Of a DNA stretch of 45,565 nucleotides, positions 1 through 9,970 are shown in pieces (position 1 is the stretch's first letter; each line of letters begins with the position of its first letter). The translations under genes and the position numbers were made by a program. The stretch comes from Minisyncoccia bacterium (GTDB lineage: Bacteria; Patescibacteriota; Minisyncoccia; Phycocordibacterales; CALRBL01): assembly GCA_038227435.1 (NCBI GenBank), contig JBBRPW010000001.1, forward strand, positions 75,632 to 121,196, written 5' to 3'. Below the pieces are notes generated by a model, which did no database searches, had not been told where the DNA came from, and worked only from the letters and a program-made list of their open reading frames with translations.

Positions 1-1
1 A

Positions 2-208
2 GATCCGTATCCGGTTTTAACTGCGTCGGCACGAAGAACGCCCACTTTCGCAAAAGTAAGGTCTGGTGTCGTGTCGCGAAATGCTGGTTGGACTTCCGAA
101 TATAGAGGTGGAGGAAGGATCATATCTGGGGAGATTGAAGTGAATGAACAGGAGAAATTTCTGGGAACGAAGGTATTTTATTCCTCTAAAATAATGACAC
201 AAATATAG
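2..208 (+). CDS. Possible 3' end of a CDS truncated by the window edge; product unknown
   Basis: Frame 2 is stop-free from base 2 to the TAG at 206-208 (68 codons) in an AT-rich genome. It is absent from the ORF track because it has no start inside the window. No motif was recognised. Confidence 0.3.
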   Translation, partial: DPYPVLTASARRTPTFAKVRSGVVSRNAGWTSEYRGGGRIISGEIEVNEQEKFLGTKVFYSSKIMTQI

Positions 209-323
209 ATTTAAATCAAATATATAAATCAGCTTTCAATAATATAAACTTTCACTAATCGGACATTGTTACATCTATTTTTCAAAAGTTTTTTTATTCT
301 ATGAAATAAAGTAGGATAGATAT

Positions 324-1670
324 ATGAATAATTCTTCAGTAGATGAAAAAGGTGCTCAAATTTCCCAAACTCTTTTAGATATTTTCTTGCAGTCTTCAGG
401 TGTTTCAATCGATACCAGAACAATAAAAGACAATCAAATCTTTTTTGGAATTAAAGGACAAACGGTAGATGGTAATCAATTTGCCGAACAAGTTCTAAAG
501 GACAAGAAAGTATGGGTAGTGATATCTGATGAAAATATTTACAATAAAATTTTAAAAGAGGATCAAGATTTAAAGGACAAAGTTATATTTGTAAAAGACA
601 GTTTTGAAACTCTTCAATCTCTAGCTAAATCATATAGAGCGCTCATATCTATTCCAATCATTGCTATTACTGGTTCAAATGGAAAAACTACCACAAAGGA
701 ATTAACGAGAGATGTCCTTAATACAACATTTAAGACCTATGCCACCGAAGGTAATTTAAATAATCATTTAGGAGTTCCTTTAAGTATTTTGTCCGTTAGT
801 AAAAATCATGAAATAGCTATTATTGAAATGGGAGCGAACCATAAAGGAGAAATAAAAATGTTATGCGACATTGCACAACCTACGCATGGACTGATTACTA
901 ATATCGGGAAAGCTCACATTGGAGAATTCGGAGGAATTGAAGGAGTGGTTGAGGCAAAGGGGGAGTTATTTAATTATTTAGCAGACAATAATTGGAAATT
1001 CTTTTTAAATGAAGACGATGTGCGATTAGTGAAGCTGTCACTCAAAAAACCTTCTGTCATCGCCTCTACATATAGTAAATCGGATGTATTTGAAGTAGTA
1101 AGTAAGCTCGAAGGTGATCATAATTTACAAAATATTGCAGCTGCCATGGCAATTGGGAACTATTTTGATATTCCTCAAGATCGAATCAAGAAGGCAATTG
1201 AAGCATATACACCAAACCTTGGCCGCTCAGAATGGAAATTATGGCTCAGTAACAAGGTATTTTTTGATGCGTACAATGCCAACCCCTCAAGTATGAAGGT
1301 AGCTTTCGACACATTTATGAACATTCCATCTATAAAAATAGAGCCTAAATTAGTCATATTTGGGCCAATGAAGGAATTAGGGACTTATTCAAACACGGAA
1401 CATCAAGAATTAGTTAACCATGCAAAAGCATATATAGAACAAGAACAGCTTAAAATGGCTTACTTTATAGGTGAAGAGTATAAGATGGCTAAAGAAAGTA
1501 TTGAAAATAACTCTCAAATTAGTGAGAAAATGTTGTTTTTTAGTGAAATCGCTAGTCTAAAAGATCACTTTGCAAGCTCTGGGTTTCCTAAAGGGCAAAC
1601 AATTTTTATGAAATCTAGCCATGGACCAGGTAAAAACCCACTTTTCGAACAGATACTTGATTGGGAATAA
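324..1670 (+). CDS. murF: UDP-N-acetylmuramoyl-tripeptide--D-alanyl-D-alanine ligase (MurF)
   Basis: Mur-ligase P-loop AITGSNGKTTTKE. MurF-type GNLNNHLGVPLS and DAYNANPSSM motifs. ATG at 324, TAA stop. Confidence 0.85.
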   Translation: MNNSSVDEKGAQISQTLLDIFLQSSGVSIDTRTIKDNQIFFGIKGQTVDGNQFAEQVLKDKKVWVVISDENIYNKILKEDQDLKDKVIFVKDSFETLQSLAKSYRALISIPIIAITGSNGKTTTKELTRDVLNTTFKTYATEGNLNNHLGVPLSILSVSKNHEIAIIEMGANHKGEIKMLCDIAQPTHGLITNIGKAHIGEFGGIEGVVEAKGELFNYLADNNWKFFLNEDDVRLVKLSLKKPSVIASTYSKSDVFEVVSKLEGDHNLQNIAAAMAIGNYFDIPQDRIKKAIEAYTPNLGRSEWKLWLSNKVFFDAYNANPSSMKVAFDTFMNIPSIKIEPKLVIFGPMKELGTYSNTEHQELVNHAKAYIEQEQLKMAYFIGEEYKMAKESIENNSQISEKMLFFSEIASLKDHFASSGFPKGQTIFMKSSHGPGKNPLFEQILDWE

Positions 1671-1709
1671 GGTAATATTTCGCTTAAAATAGGTTTTTTA
1701 TTGACTGAT

Positions 1710-1738
1710 TTGACTCGCATCTTTTCTCCTGCTACTAT
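1710..1738 (+). promoter_or_regulatory. Sigma70-type extended -10 promoter upstream of tuf (TTGACT-N14-TGC-TACTAT)
   Basis: TTGACT at 1710-1715, 17-nt spacer, TG at 1730-1731, TACTAT at 1733-1738. The same architecture recurs at 6132 and 10128. Confidence 0.55.
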
Positions 1739-1930
1739 CTATCTCACGCTAATGGCGTTGTCAGTTTTGAGCCCCAAAGTTTGAAGGAATGGAGGGCTCA
1801 ATCAAATTAATTATCAACTGTAGCGACTTATAGGTTACTTCCGAAAAAACGTTTAGCCGCAAGGTTCAAAGGTTTTTGTCGAAGAGAACTAGAGGTCAAA
1901 ACTAATTTAATACGTTAAACATAAAAATAT

Positions 1931-3124
1931 ATGGCAGCAGAATTTGATCGTTCAAAACCTCACGTAAACGTAGGAACTATTGGACACGTTGACCACGGAA
2001 AGACTACTCTTACCGCGGCTATTTTAAGTGTGCTTTCACGAGCTGGAATGACTGTAACAGTTAAAGCTGTTGATCAGATCGACAAAGCTCCTGAAGAAAA
2101 AGCACGAGGAATTACAATTTCCCTTTCACATAATGAGTATTCAACAAATGCACGTCACTACGCGCACATTGATGCCCCAGGTCACGCTGACTACATCAAG
2201 AACATGATTACAGGAGCTGCTCAGATGGACGGTGCTATCCTTGTGGTAGCCGCAACTGACGGACCTATGCCTCAAACAAGAGAGCACGTTTTACTTGCTA
2301 AACAAGTAGGAGTGCCAAAGATTATTGTATTTCTTAACAAATGCGACATGGTTGACGATAACGATCTTATCGACCTCGTTGAAGCAGAATGTCGAGAACT
2401 TCTTACAAAGAACGGATTTGATGGAGACAATGCTCCAGTTATCCGAGGTTCAGCTCTTAAAGCCCTTGAAGCTACATCAAACGATGATGAGTGGTCAAAG
2501 AAAGTATTAGAACTAGCCGATGCGCTTGATTCATACATTCCGATCCCTGTCCGAGAAACTGACAAGCCATTCCTTATGCCGGTAGAAGATATTTTCTCAA
2601 TTGAAGGTCGAGGAACTGTAGTTACAGGACGAATCGAACGAGGAATTGTGAAAGTAGGAGATGAAATTGAAGTTGTTGGATTGAAAGACACTGTTAAAAC
2701 AGTTGTTACTGGAATTGAAATGTTTAACAAATCTCTTAACGAAGGAATGGCCGGAGACAATGCTGGAATCCTAGTTCGAGGTCTTAAAAAAGAAGACATT
2801 ACAAGAGGACAAGTGTTATCAAAACCAGGAACTGTAAAACCTCACACAGATTTCGAAGCTGAAGTGTACATTCTTAAGAAAGAAGAAGGAGGACGACACA
2901 CACCTTTCTTTACAGGTTACAAACCACAATTTTATATCCGAACAACTGACGTTACTGGAGAAGTAACATTAGCTGAAGGAGTAGAAATGGTTATGCCTGG
3001 AGATACAGTGACATTTAAAGTTAAGCTCGTTGCACCAGTTGCGATGGATCAAAACTTACGATTCGCTATTCGAGAAGGAGGAAAGACAGTAGGTGCTGGA
3101 GTAGTAACAAAGATTGTTGCTTAA
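1931..3124 (+). CDS. tuf: Elongation factor Tu
   Basis: GHVDHGKTT (G1), DAPGHADY (G3), NKCD (G4). Full-length 397 aa. Confidence 0.98.
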   Translation: MAAEFDRSKPHVNVGTIGHVDHGKTTLTAAILSVLSRAGMTVTVKAVDQIDKAPEEKARGITISLSHNEYSTNARHYAHIDAPGHADYIKNMITGAAQMDGAILVVAATDGPMPQTREHVLLAKQVGVPKIIVFLNKCDMVDDNDLIDLVEAECRELLTKNGFDGDNAPVIRGSALKALEATSNDDEWSKKVLELADALDSYIPIPVRETDKPFLMPVEDIFSIEGRGTVVTGRIERGIVKVGDEIEVVGLKDTVKTVVTGIEMFNKSLNEGMAGDNAGILVRGLKKEDITRGQVLSKPGTVKPHTDFEAEVYILKKEEGGRHTPFFTGYKPQFYIRTTDVTGEVTLAEGVEMVMPGDTVTFKVKLVAPVAMDQNLRFAIREGGKTVGAGVVTKIVA

Positions 3125-3169
3125 TCGACTCCAACTATAAACGACACTATTAATCACTAACTACGATAC

Positions 3170-3529
3170 ATGGCTACGGAAGCAAAAAAGAAAACAGAAA
3201 AGAAGACAGAGAAAAGTGATGTTGCATCACGTCTTCGTATCCGTGTTCGAGCTTACGACTCAAAAATTCTTGATGCATCAGTTAAGCAAATCATGGACAC
3301 AGCACTTCGCTTTGATGCAAAGGTGTTAGGTCCGGTACCGCTTCCAACTGAAATTAAGAAGTACACAGTTAACCGATCTGCATTCGTTTACAAAAACGCT
3401 CGAGAGCAATTTGAAATGCGAACGCATAAACGATTAATCGATATCTTGAATCCAAACGCACGTGTCATTGAAGCACTTACAAACTTAAGTCTTCCTTCAG
3501 GTGTTAACATCGACGTCAAAATGATGTAA
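3170..3529 (+). CDS. rpsJ: 30S ribosomal protein S10 (uS10), with Lys-rich N-terminal extension
   Basis: [10 protein letters not shown]...RTHKRLIDI core. Sits at the head of the S10 gene order. Confidence 0.95.
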   Translation: MATEAKKKTEKKTEKSDVASRLRIRVRAYDSKILDASVKQIMDTALRFDAKVLGPVPLPTEIKKYTVNRSAFVYKNAREQFEMRTHKRLIDILNPNARVIEALTNLSLPSGVNIDVKMM

Positions 3530-3561
3530 TTCGATTACGCCATAAACATTACCGAACATAT

Positions 3562-4215
3562 ATGAAATACATCCTTGGAACTAAAGTAAAAATGACACAA
3601 GTCTTCGACGAAGAAGGTAATGTGCATCCAGTAACTGTGCTTAAAGTTGCGCCAATTGTTGTTACACAAGTTAAAACAAAAGCAAAAGATGGGTATGAAG
3701 CAATCCAAGTTGGATCTGGTTCAATGAAAGAAAAGAATGCAACTAAACCTCACATCGGCCACACAAAGGCAGCGATTGAAAAAGTAGGAGAGGGGCAAGG
3801 AATCTTTCGACATCTTAAAGAAATTCGATTCGACGATACAAAACTTCGAGGGACTGTTAAAAAAGAATGGTCTGTTGGAGATAAAATTGAATCATCTGTC
3901 TTTACTGCTGGAGACGAAGTAACAGTAACTGCAACTTCAAAAGGAAAAGGATTTCAAGGAGTAGTAAAACGACACGGGTTTGCCGGAGGTCCACGATCTC
4001 ACGGACAAAAACACAGTGAGCGAGAAGCTGGTTCAATCGGAACTGCCGGATTTCAGCGTGTATTTAAAAACAAGCGAATGGCAGGACGAATGGGTGGCGA
4101 TATCATCTCTGTGTTAAACGTTAAAGTCATCAAAGTCGATGCTGACAATGGAGAAATGTTAATCGAAGGCGCAATTCCAGGACGAACTGGCGCCCTTGTT
4201 GAAGTAAAAGGATAA
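3562..4215 (+). CDS. rplC: 50S ribosomal protein L3
   Basis: GTKVKMTQVFDE...TSKGKGFQGVVKRHGF motifs and gene order. Confidence 0.96.
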   Translation: MKYILGTKVKMTQVFDEEGNVHPVTVLKVAPIVVTQVKTKAKDGYEAIQVGSGSMKEKNATKPHIGHTKAAIEKVGEGQGIFRHLKEIRFDDTKLRGTVKKEWSVGDKIESSVFTAGDEVTVTATSKGKGFQGVVKRHGFAGGPRSHGQKHSEREAGSIGTAGFQRVFKNKRMAGRMGGDIISVLNVKVIKVDADNGEMLIEGAIPGRTGALVEVKG

Positions 4216-4238
4216 AACAGAACGAAAATAATAAATTT

Positions 4239-4940
4239 ATGAAAACAGATATCATTAACCAACAAGGAGCAGTCGTAAAATCTTTTAATCTTCCTGAAGA
4301 AGTTTTTGGATTGTCATGGAATGCCGACCTCGTTCACCAAGTAGTAACTTCAATGATGAGTTCAGCACGTTCAAACGTTGCTCACGCAAAAGATCGAAGT
4401 GAAGTACGTGGAGGAGGAAAGAAACCTTGGAAACAAAAAGGAACAGGACGAGCACGACACGGATCAACACGTTCACCGATTTGGGTTGGTGGAGGTAAAG
4501 CTCACGGACCACGAAACGATAAGAATTATGATCGAAAAGTAAATAAGAAAATGAAAGTGAAAGCACTCTTCACTATTCTTTCAAAGAAATTTAAAGATAA
4601 TGAAATTCTTTTTGTTGATTCACTTGGACTTTCAACTCCAAAAACAAAAGATGCAAAAGCAATTTTGACTTCATTTGGAGGAATGAAAGGATTCGAGCGA
4701 ATGTCAACTAAAAAAGTAAATACAGCACTCTTTGCATTAAACGATAAAAACAATGCAGTAGAAAAATCTTTCCAAAACTTTGGAAACATTTCAATTGCAG
4801 AAGTTCGAAGTTTAAACCCAGTAGATGTTCTTAACTATAAATATTTAGTTGTAGTAAATCCTGAAGAATCGATTAAAACTTTAAGTGGAAAGATGATTGC
4901 ATCACTTGATGAAAAAACTGAAAACGTAGAAGCTAAATAA
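4239..4940 (+). CDS. rplD: 50S ribosomal protein L4 (233 aa, C-terminal extension)
   Basis: GGGKKPWKQKGTGRARHGS motif and gene order. Confidence 0.95.
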   Translation: MKTDIINQQGAVVKSFNLPEEVFGLSWNADLVHQVVTSMMSSARSNVAHAKDRSEVRGGGKKPWKQKGTGRARHGSTRSPIWVGGGKAHGPRNDKNYDRKVNKKMKVKALFTILSKKFKDNEILFVDSLGLSTPKTKDAKAILTSFGGMKGFERMSTKKVNTALFALNDKNNAVEKSFQNFGNISIAEVRSLNPVDVLNYKYLVVVNPEESIKTLSGKMIASLDEKTENVEAK

Positions 4941-4949
4941 AAAATATTT

Positions 4950-5246
4950 ATGAACACAATTTCTAAACAATCATCTAAGGCATCATCAATCAAACGACCT
5001 CGAATTACTGAGAAGGCAACAATGCTTGCTGAACACAATGTATTTACATTTGAAATTGCAAAGCATGCAACTAAAGGAACTGTAGCTGCTGAAATTAAAG
5101 CGATGTACAACGTTACTCCAGTAAAAGTAAACATTACAATGCTTCCTGCAAAGAAAGTATTTATGCGAGGAAAAAGTGGAAAAAGCACTGGTGTTAAAAA
5201 AGCAGTAGTGTACTTAAAGAAAGGAGATTCAATTAACATTGTATAA
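4950..5246 (+). CDS. rplW: 50S ribosomal protein L23
   Basis: PRITEKAT...FEIAKHATK pattern and gene order. Confidence 0.93.
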   Translation: MNTISKQSSKASSIKRPRITEKATMLAEHNVFTFEIAKHATKGTVAAEIKAMYNVTPVKVNITMLPAKKVFMRGKSGKSTGVKKAVVYLKKGDSINIV

Positions 5247-5285
5247 GCTGATTAAGAATATATACCGAAAATTTATTACACATTT

Positions 5286-6125
5286 ATGAAAACATTTCGC
5301 CCAACATCAAAATCACGACGACACATGAGTGTTGTGTCATACCGAGCTCACATCACAACTGCAGAGCCTCACAAGGCACTTGTAAGTGGATATAAGCGAT
5401 CAGTAGGACGAAACTCAGGAGGTCGAATTACTGTTCGACACCAAGGTGGAGGACATAAACGACTTTTCCGAGCCGTTGACTTCATGTTTGATAAAAAAGA
5501 TGTTCCTGCAAAAGTGTTAACAGTTGAATACGATCCAAACCGATCAGGATTCATTGCTCTAGTTGTATATAAAGATGGAGAAAAACGATATGTTCTTCTT
5601 CCAAAAGGAGTTCATGTTGGAGATGAAATCGTAACTGCTTCAAAAGCTCCTCTTAAACCAGGAAATCGACTTGAACTTCACAATATTCCAGTAGGAACAT
5701 TTGTATACAGTGTTGAAATTAAACCAAATGGTGGAGCAAAAATGAGCCGATCAGCAGGAAACTTTGCTGAAGTTGTTGCTCAAGATGCAGGATACACACA
5801 AATCAAACTTCCTTCATCAGAAGTTCGAAAAGTAAAAGATACTTGTTGGGCATCAATTGGTGAAGTAAGTAACGATGAAAACCGACTTCAAAACTATGGA
5901 AAAGCTGGGCGAAGTCGATGGAAGGGAATTCGACCTACGGTTCGAGGAACAGCCCAAAATGCGGTAGACCACCCATACGGAGGAGGAGAAGGACGACAGG
6001 GACGAGGTTTACGACGAGCAAAAACTCGTTGGGGAAAGCCAGTAGGAAAGGGACAGAAATCACGAACACCAAAGAAATACTCAAATACTTTGATTGTTTC
6101 TCGCCGAAAAGTTGGCAAGAAATAG
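5286..6125 (+). CDS. rplB: 50S ribosomal protein L2
   Basis: GRNSGGRITVRHQGGGHKR and NAVDHPYGGGEG motifs. Confidence 0.97.
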   Translation: MKTFRPTSKSRRHMSVVSYRAHITTAEPHKALVSGYKRSVGRNSGGRITVRHQGGGHKRLFRAVDFMFDKKDVPAKVLTVEYDPNRSGFIALVVYKDGEKRYVLLPKGVHVGDEIVTASKAPLKPGNRLELHNIPVGTFVYSVEIKPNGGAKMSRSAGNFAEVVAQDAGYTQIKLPSSEVRKVKDTCWASIGEVSNDENRLQNYGKAGRSRWKGIRPTVRGTAQNAVDHPYGGGEGRQGRGLRRAKTRWGKPVGKGQKSRTPKKYSNTLIVSRRKVGKK

Positions 6126-6131
6126 CAAAGT

Positions 6132-6159
6132 TTGACTTGAGCGCTAATTTTGGTAGTAT
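6132..6159 (+). promoter_or_regulatory. Internal extended -10 promoter between rplB and rpsS (TTGACT-N13-TGG-TAGTAT)
   Basis: TTGACT at 6132-6137, TG at 6151-6152, TAGTAT at 6154-6159 (16-nt spacer). Lies in an unusually long 108-nt rplB-rpsS gap. Confidence 0.5.
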
Positions 6160-6233
6160 TTCGAAACTGACTTGATAAAAAAAGACGAAAAATAAAGCTT
6201 AAAACGCAAAAAACATAAAAATCAACAAATTTC

Positions 6234-6572
6234 ATGGCACGATCACTTAATAAAGGACCATATATCGATGAAAAACTACTCAAGAAGATTGAGGGTAAAA
6301 ACCCGCGGGAAACTGCGATTATTAATACTTGGGCACGACGAAGTCAGATCGCACCTGAAATGATTGGTTTTAAGTTCGGAGTTCACAATGGAAAGCAGCA
6401 TCTTGAAGTGCTTGTTACTGAAGACATGGTAGGACACCGACTTGGTGAGTTTTCTCCAACAAAGAAATTCCTACGACACGGAGGTAAAATGCAAAAAGAA
6501 CAAGAGCAGGCTAAAAAAGATGCTGAAATCCAGGCAGCAAAAGCTGCTAAAGCTACTCCCGATAAAAAATAG
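6234..6572 (+). CDS. rpsS: 30S ribosomal protein S19 (112 aa, Lys/Ala/Gln-rich C-terminal tail)
   Basis: [12 protein letters not shown]...FGVHNGK...GHRLGEF motifs. Confidence 0.95.
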   Translation: MARSLNKGPYIDEKLLKKIEGKNPRETAIINTWARRSQIAPEMIGFKFGVHNGKQHLEVLVTEDMVGHRLGEFSPTKKFLRHGGKMQKEQEQAKKDAEIQAAKAAKATPDKK

Positions 6573-6595
6573 TCTAAAATTATACCCTTTATTAT

Positions 6596-7045
6596 ATGAA
6601 ATCTTATCTTGCTAACTACCGACAATCACCACGAAAAGTTCGCCTTATTGCGGACCTTGTTCGAGGTAAAAAAGTAGATTTAGCAATTCAAGAACTTACA
6701 TTTACATTCAAACGAGCATCAGCTCCTATGGTAAAAGTAATTAAGAGTGCAATTTCAAATGCAGTTCATAACGACAAAGCAAATCCTGAAGCACTTTTCA
6801 TTAAAGAAATTCAAGTTAATAAAGGATTGGTGATGAAACGAATGATGCCTCGAGCTCGTGGATCATCAGCTCAAATTCTTAAACGAACAAGTCATATCTC
6901 TGTAATTCTCGGAGAAAAAACAGTAGAAGAAATGGCAAAGAAAGTTAAGAAGTCTCGAGCACAAAAACGAGAAACAAAAAAAAGATCGGCCAATAAGGAC
7001 GGTGGCCGACGTGATTCCGCTGAATCAGCCAATAACAACAAATAA
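6596..7045 (+). CDS. rplV: 50S ribosomal protein L22 (149 aa, basic C-terminal tail)
   Basis: RQSPRKVRLIADLVRGKKV motif and gene order. Confidence 0.95.
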   Translation: MKSYLANYRQSPRKVRLIADLVRGKKVDLAIQELTFTFKRASAPMVKVIKSAISNAVHNDKANPEALFIKEIQVNKGLVMKRMMPRARGSSAQILKRTSHISVILGEKTVEEMAKKVKKSRAQKRETKKRSANKDGGRRDSAESANNNK

Positions 7046-7051
7046 TTATAT

Positions 7052-7741
7052 ATGTCACACCACGTACATCCATATTCACATCGACTAGGTATCATCCGTG
7101 ATTGGAAATCACGATGGTTTGGAGTTAACAAACAATTCCGAGATTATTTCAAGGCAGATATTCTGCTTCGACAATACCTAGAAAAAAAATTGAAAGGGAT
7201 GTATATCGCTGGTATTGATATGGAACGAAGCCAGAAAACTCTCCGAGTAGTCATTAAAACCTCTCGACCAGGAATGGTTATTGGTCGAAGTGGGGAAGGA
7301 GCAACAAAACTCCGAGAAGACGTTCTAAAATTTATGCGAAAGAATAAGCTTGAGCAATCACAGGAGCTAAAGATCGATATTGAAGAAGTTCGATCACCTG
7401 AATCAAATGCCCAGATCGTGGCTCAAATGATTGCTGAAGGACTAGAAAAACGAATGGCTTTCCGGCGTGTAATGAAACAAACTGTTGAAAAGGTTATGGC
7501 TAACCGAGATGTGCTTGGAGTTAAAATTTACCTAGGAGGACGACTTGGAGGTGCCGACATGGCGCGTTCAGAAGTTCTTAAAAAAGGACGAATTCCACTT
7601 CAAACTTTCCGAGCCGATATTGATTATGCAACAACTCGAGCAACAATTGCTCAAGGAGATTTAGGAGTAAAAGTGTGGATCTATAAGGGTGATGTCTTTG
7701 AAAAAGAGGCAGGAGCTCCTAATCAGGCACAAAATAATTAA
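7052..7741 (+). CDS. rpsC: 30S ribosomal protein S3
   Basis: KH-domain VIGRSGEG, then GADMARSE...GRIPLQT. Confidence 0.96.
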   Translation: MSHHVHPYSHRLGIIRDWKSRWFGVNKQFRDYFKADILLRQYLEKKLKGMYIAGIDMERSQKTLRVVIKTSRPGMVIGRSGEGATKLREDVLKFMRKNKLEQSQELKIDIEEVRSPESNAQIVAQMIAEGLEKRMAFRRVMKQTVEKVMANRDVLGVKIYLGGRLGGADMARSEVLKKGRIPLQTFRADIDYATTRATIAQGDLGVKVWIYKGDVFEKEAGAPNQAQNN

Positions 7742-7758
7742 GCGATAATTTTAATACC

Positions 7759-8178
7759 ATGTTATTCCCTAAAAAAGTAAAAAATCGAAAATGGCAAACA
7801 GGACGAAAAAAGCGAAACTTTAGAAAAGTTGAAACTCGTGGTCTTGAAGTGTCTTTTGGTTCACATGGATTAAAGGCAACAGCATACGCACGAGTAAGTT
7901 CAAAACAACTTGAATCAGCTCGAAAAGTACTTGCACGTGCCGCTTCAAAACTTGGAAAAGTATGGATTCGAGTATTCCCAGATCGACCTGTAACTCAAAA
8001 AGCAGCTGAAGTAGGGATGGGTAAAGGAAAAGGAGATCCTCAGTATTTCTGTGCAGAAGTATTTCCAGGGCGAGTACTCTTTGAAGTAGACGGAATAGAC
8101 GCCGTTGCCGCCAAAGAAGCTCTTCGAAAGGCTGGAACAAAACTTCCTGTTAAAACAAGAATCATCGAACGAATCTAA
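7759..8178 (+). CDS. rplP: 50S ribosomal protein L16
   Basis: MLFPKKVKNRK...GMGKGKGDP motifs. Confidence 0.96.
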   Translation: MLFPKKVKNRKWQTGRKKRNFRKVETRGLEVSFGSHGLKATAYARVSSKQLESARKVLARAASKLGKVWIRVFPDRPVTQKAAEVGMGKGKGDPQYFCAEVFPGRVLFEVDGIDAVAAKEALRKAGTKLPVKTRIIERI

Positions 8179-8200
8179 TCTCAAAGAATAAAATAAAATT

Positions 8201-8392
8201 ATGAAAAAAAGCGAATACAATGGAAAAGAACGAGCAGAACTCACAAAAACTTTAGCTGAAAAGCAGAAGGCGCTTAATGAATTTTATTTTAGTCTTTCAG
8301 GAGGAAAAGCAAAAAATGTAAAGGAAGGATCAAAGCATCGAAAAGAAGTTGCTCGAATCTTAACTGCACTTAATGCAAATCCTAAAGCATAA
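8201..8392 (+). CDS. rpmC: 50S ribosomal protein L29
   Basis: Size, helical Lys-rich sequence, and position between rplP and rpsQ. Confidence 0.9.
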   Translation: MKKSEYNGKERAELTKTLAEKQKALNEFYFSLSGGKAKNVKEGSKHRKEVARILTALNANPKA

Positions 8393-8426
8393 TCTTAATT
8401 AACAACAAATTTTAACAACCAATTAT

Positions 8427-8699
8427 ATGGCAACAAAACAAGCAACAACAGAAAAGACAGAAAAGAAAGTGGCTCACAAGCGAGAATTGAGCGGTGTTGT
8501 TGTGTCAGACAAAATGAAAGATACGATTGTTGTTAAAATTGATCGGTTTGTTAAACATGTTAAGTATGGTAAATTCCAAAAGCTTTCAAAGAAATATAAG
8601 GCACATGATGCTGGAAATACTAAGAAAATTGGTGAAAAAGTAACCATCGTAGAATGCCGACCAATGTCAAAAGACAAGCATTTCATCGTTAAAGCATAG
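8427..8699 (+). CDS. rpsQ: 30S ribosomal protein S17
   Basis: [27 protein letters not shown] motif. Confidence 0.95.
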   Translation: MATKQATTEKTEKKVAHKRELSGVVVSDKMKDTIVVKIDRFVKHVKYGKFQKLSKKYKAHDAGNTKKIGEKVTIVECRPMSKDKHFIVKA

Positions 8700-8717
8700 T
8701 CTAATAATTATACATAT

Positions 8718-9089
8718 ATGATCCAACCACGTTCAATCGTTCAAATAGCAGACAATTCAGGAGCCAAAATTGGCCGAATTTTCAAGGTGCTTGGACATGC
8801 TGGTAAACGATATGCACAACTCGGAGACTTGGTTGTTCTTTCAGTTCAAAAAGCTGAACCTCGAAAAGCAGTTAAAAAGAAAGACGTTCTTCAGGCTGTA
8901 GTAGTTCGACAGAAAAAAGCATTCCGCCGAAAAGACGGATCATATGTTCGATTCGACGAAAATGCAGTAGTTATTTTAGAAAAAGGAAAGATGGATCCTC
9001 TTGCAGGACGTGTGTTCGGTCCAATTCCACGAGAACTTCAAGAAAAAGGTTTTCAAAAAATTGCATCACTCGCACCTGAAATCGTTTAA
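8718..9089 (+). CDS. rplN: 50S ribosomal protein L14
   Basis: MIQPRSIVQIADNSGAK N-terminus. Confidence 0.97.
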   Translation: MIQPRSIVQIADNSGAKIGRIFKVLGHAGKRYAQLGDLVVLSVQKAEPRKAVKKKDVLQAVVVRQKKAFRRKDGSYVRFDENAVVILEKGKMDPLAGRVFGPIPRELQEKGFQKIASLAPEIV

Positions 9090-9130
9090 GTTTTAGAATT
9101 ATTTTATTTATTATTGATTAACACACTTTT

Positions 9131-9346
9131 ATGCACGTAAAAAAAGGAGACAATGTAATAGTGATCGCGGGAAAAGATAAAGGCAAAAAAGGTGCTGTTG
9201 TTCGATCAATGCCTAAACAAAATAAAGTAATTGTTGAAGGAGTACACATTGCAAAACGACATCAACGTTCACGTAAACAAGGATCAAAAGGACAAATTCT
9301 TGAAATTCCAAGTCCGATCGATGCATCAAATGTTAAAAAAGTGTAA
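9131..9346 (+). CDS. rplX: 50S ribosomal protein L24, short form (71 aa, KOW domain only)
   Basis: KKGDNVIVIAGKDKGKKGAV KOW motif. Ends about 30 aa earlier than the roughly 100-aa model-organism L24. Confidence 0.9.
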   Translation: MHVKKGDNVIVIAGKDKGKKGAVVRSMPKQNKVIVEGVHIAKRHQRSRKQGSKGQILEIPSPIDASNVKKV

Positions 9347-9412
9347 CATCTGATCAATTAAAAAAATTATTAAACATAACTGTTACCCACGTATAAAAAC
9401 GCTAACAAATAT

Positions 9413-9958
9413 ATGAAAACACAATCATTCAAAGAAAAAGAAGCTACAATTTTCGACACAGTCGGAAAGCAATTTGGTATTAAAAATAAAATGCAGACTC
9501 CTCGAATTACTAAAGTAGTAATTTCATCTGCAACAGGATCAATTAAAGATGCTAAGAAAAAACAATTAGTTGGCGACCGAATTACAAAATTCACAGGACA
9601 AAAAGTTGTTGAAAAGGCTGCAAAGAAATCTATCGCTACATTTAAAGTACGACAAGGAGACCCAGTAGGGTATCAAGTAACGCTTCGAGGAGATCGAATG
9701 CGAGACTTCATCGACAAGGTGGTAAACATTGCACTACCTCGAACTCGAGACTTTCGAGGTTTGAATCCAAACTCTATCGATTCAATGGGAAACTTTAACT
9801 TTGGAATTAAAGAACATACAGTATTCCCTGAGACTGCAGATGAAGAATTGAAAGATGTATTCGGCTTCGGAATTACTGTGGTTACAACATCAAAAGATAA
9901 GGTAATCACTCGAGCATTACTTGAGCACATGGGATTTCTTTTCAAAAAAGACCTATAA
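9413..9958 (+). CDS. rplE: 50S ribosomal protein L5
   Basis: PRITKVVISSATG...GNFNFGIKEHTVFPE motifs. Confidence 0.96.
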   Translation: MKTQSFKEKEATIFDTVGKQFGIKNKMQTPRITKVVISSATGSIKDAKKKQLVGDRITKFTGQKVVEKAAKKSIATFKVRQGDPVGYQVTLRGDRMRDFIDKVVNIALPRTRDFRGLNPNSIDSMGNFNFGIKEHTVFPETADEELKDVFGFGITVVTTSKDKVITRALLEHMGFLFKKDL

Positions 9959-9970
9959 ACATAGGTTTTT
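9951..9970 (+). terminator. Weak intrinsic terminator overlapping the rplE stop codon
   Basis: ACCTAT-AAAC-ATAGGT hairpin (9951-9966) followed by TTTT. The stem is only 6 bp and AT-rich. Confidence 0.35.

Noticed and set aside
17-423. Minus-strand ORFs 17-202 and 229-423 at the window start.
   Set aside because: 17-202 is antisense to a longer edge-truncated open frame and its sequence is not protein-like. 229-423 spans the murF upstream region and start and is AT-rich Lys/Leu/Phe filler.
2272-2799. 175-aa antisense ORF inside tuf. Similar nested, antisense or alternate-frame ORFs appear in the track at, for example, 1114-1296, 2325-2510, 4053-4265, 4285-4566, 4526-4789, 4835-5239, 5369-5554, 5894-6283, 6383-6625, 6892-7131, 7820-8140, 7945-8244, 8474-8686, 9370-9594, 9673-9945, 10234-10500, 10756-10944, 11292-11615 and 12648-12830.
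   Set aside because: All lie within or across confidently identified, highly conserved r-protein or EF-Tu genes. Their sequences are low-complexity or Ser/Leu/Phe-rich mirror-frame products, and no independent signals support them.
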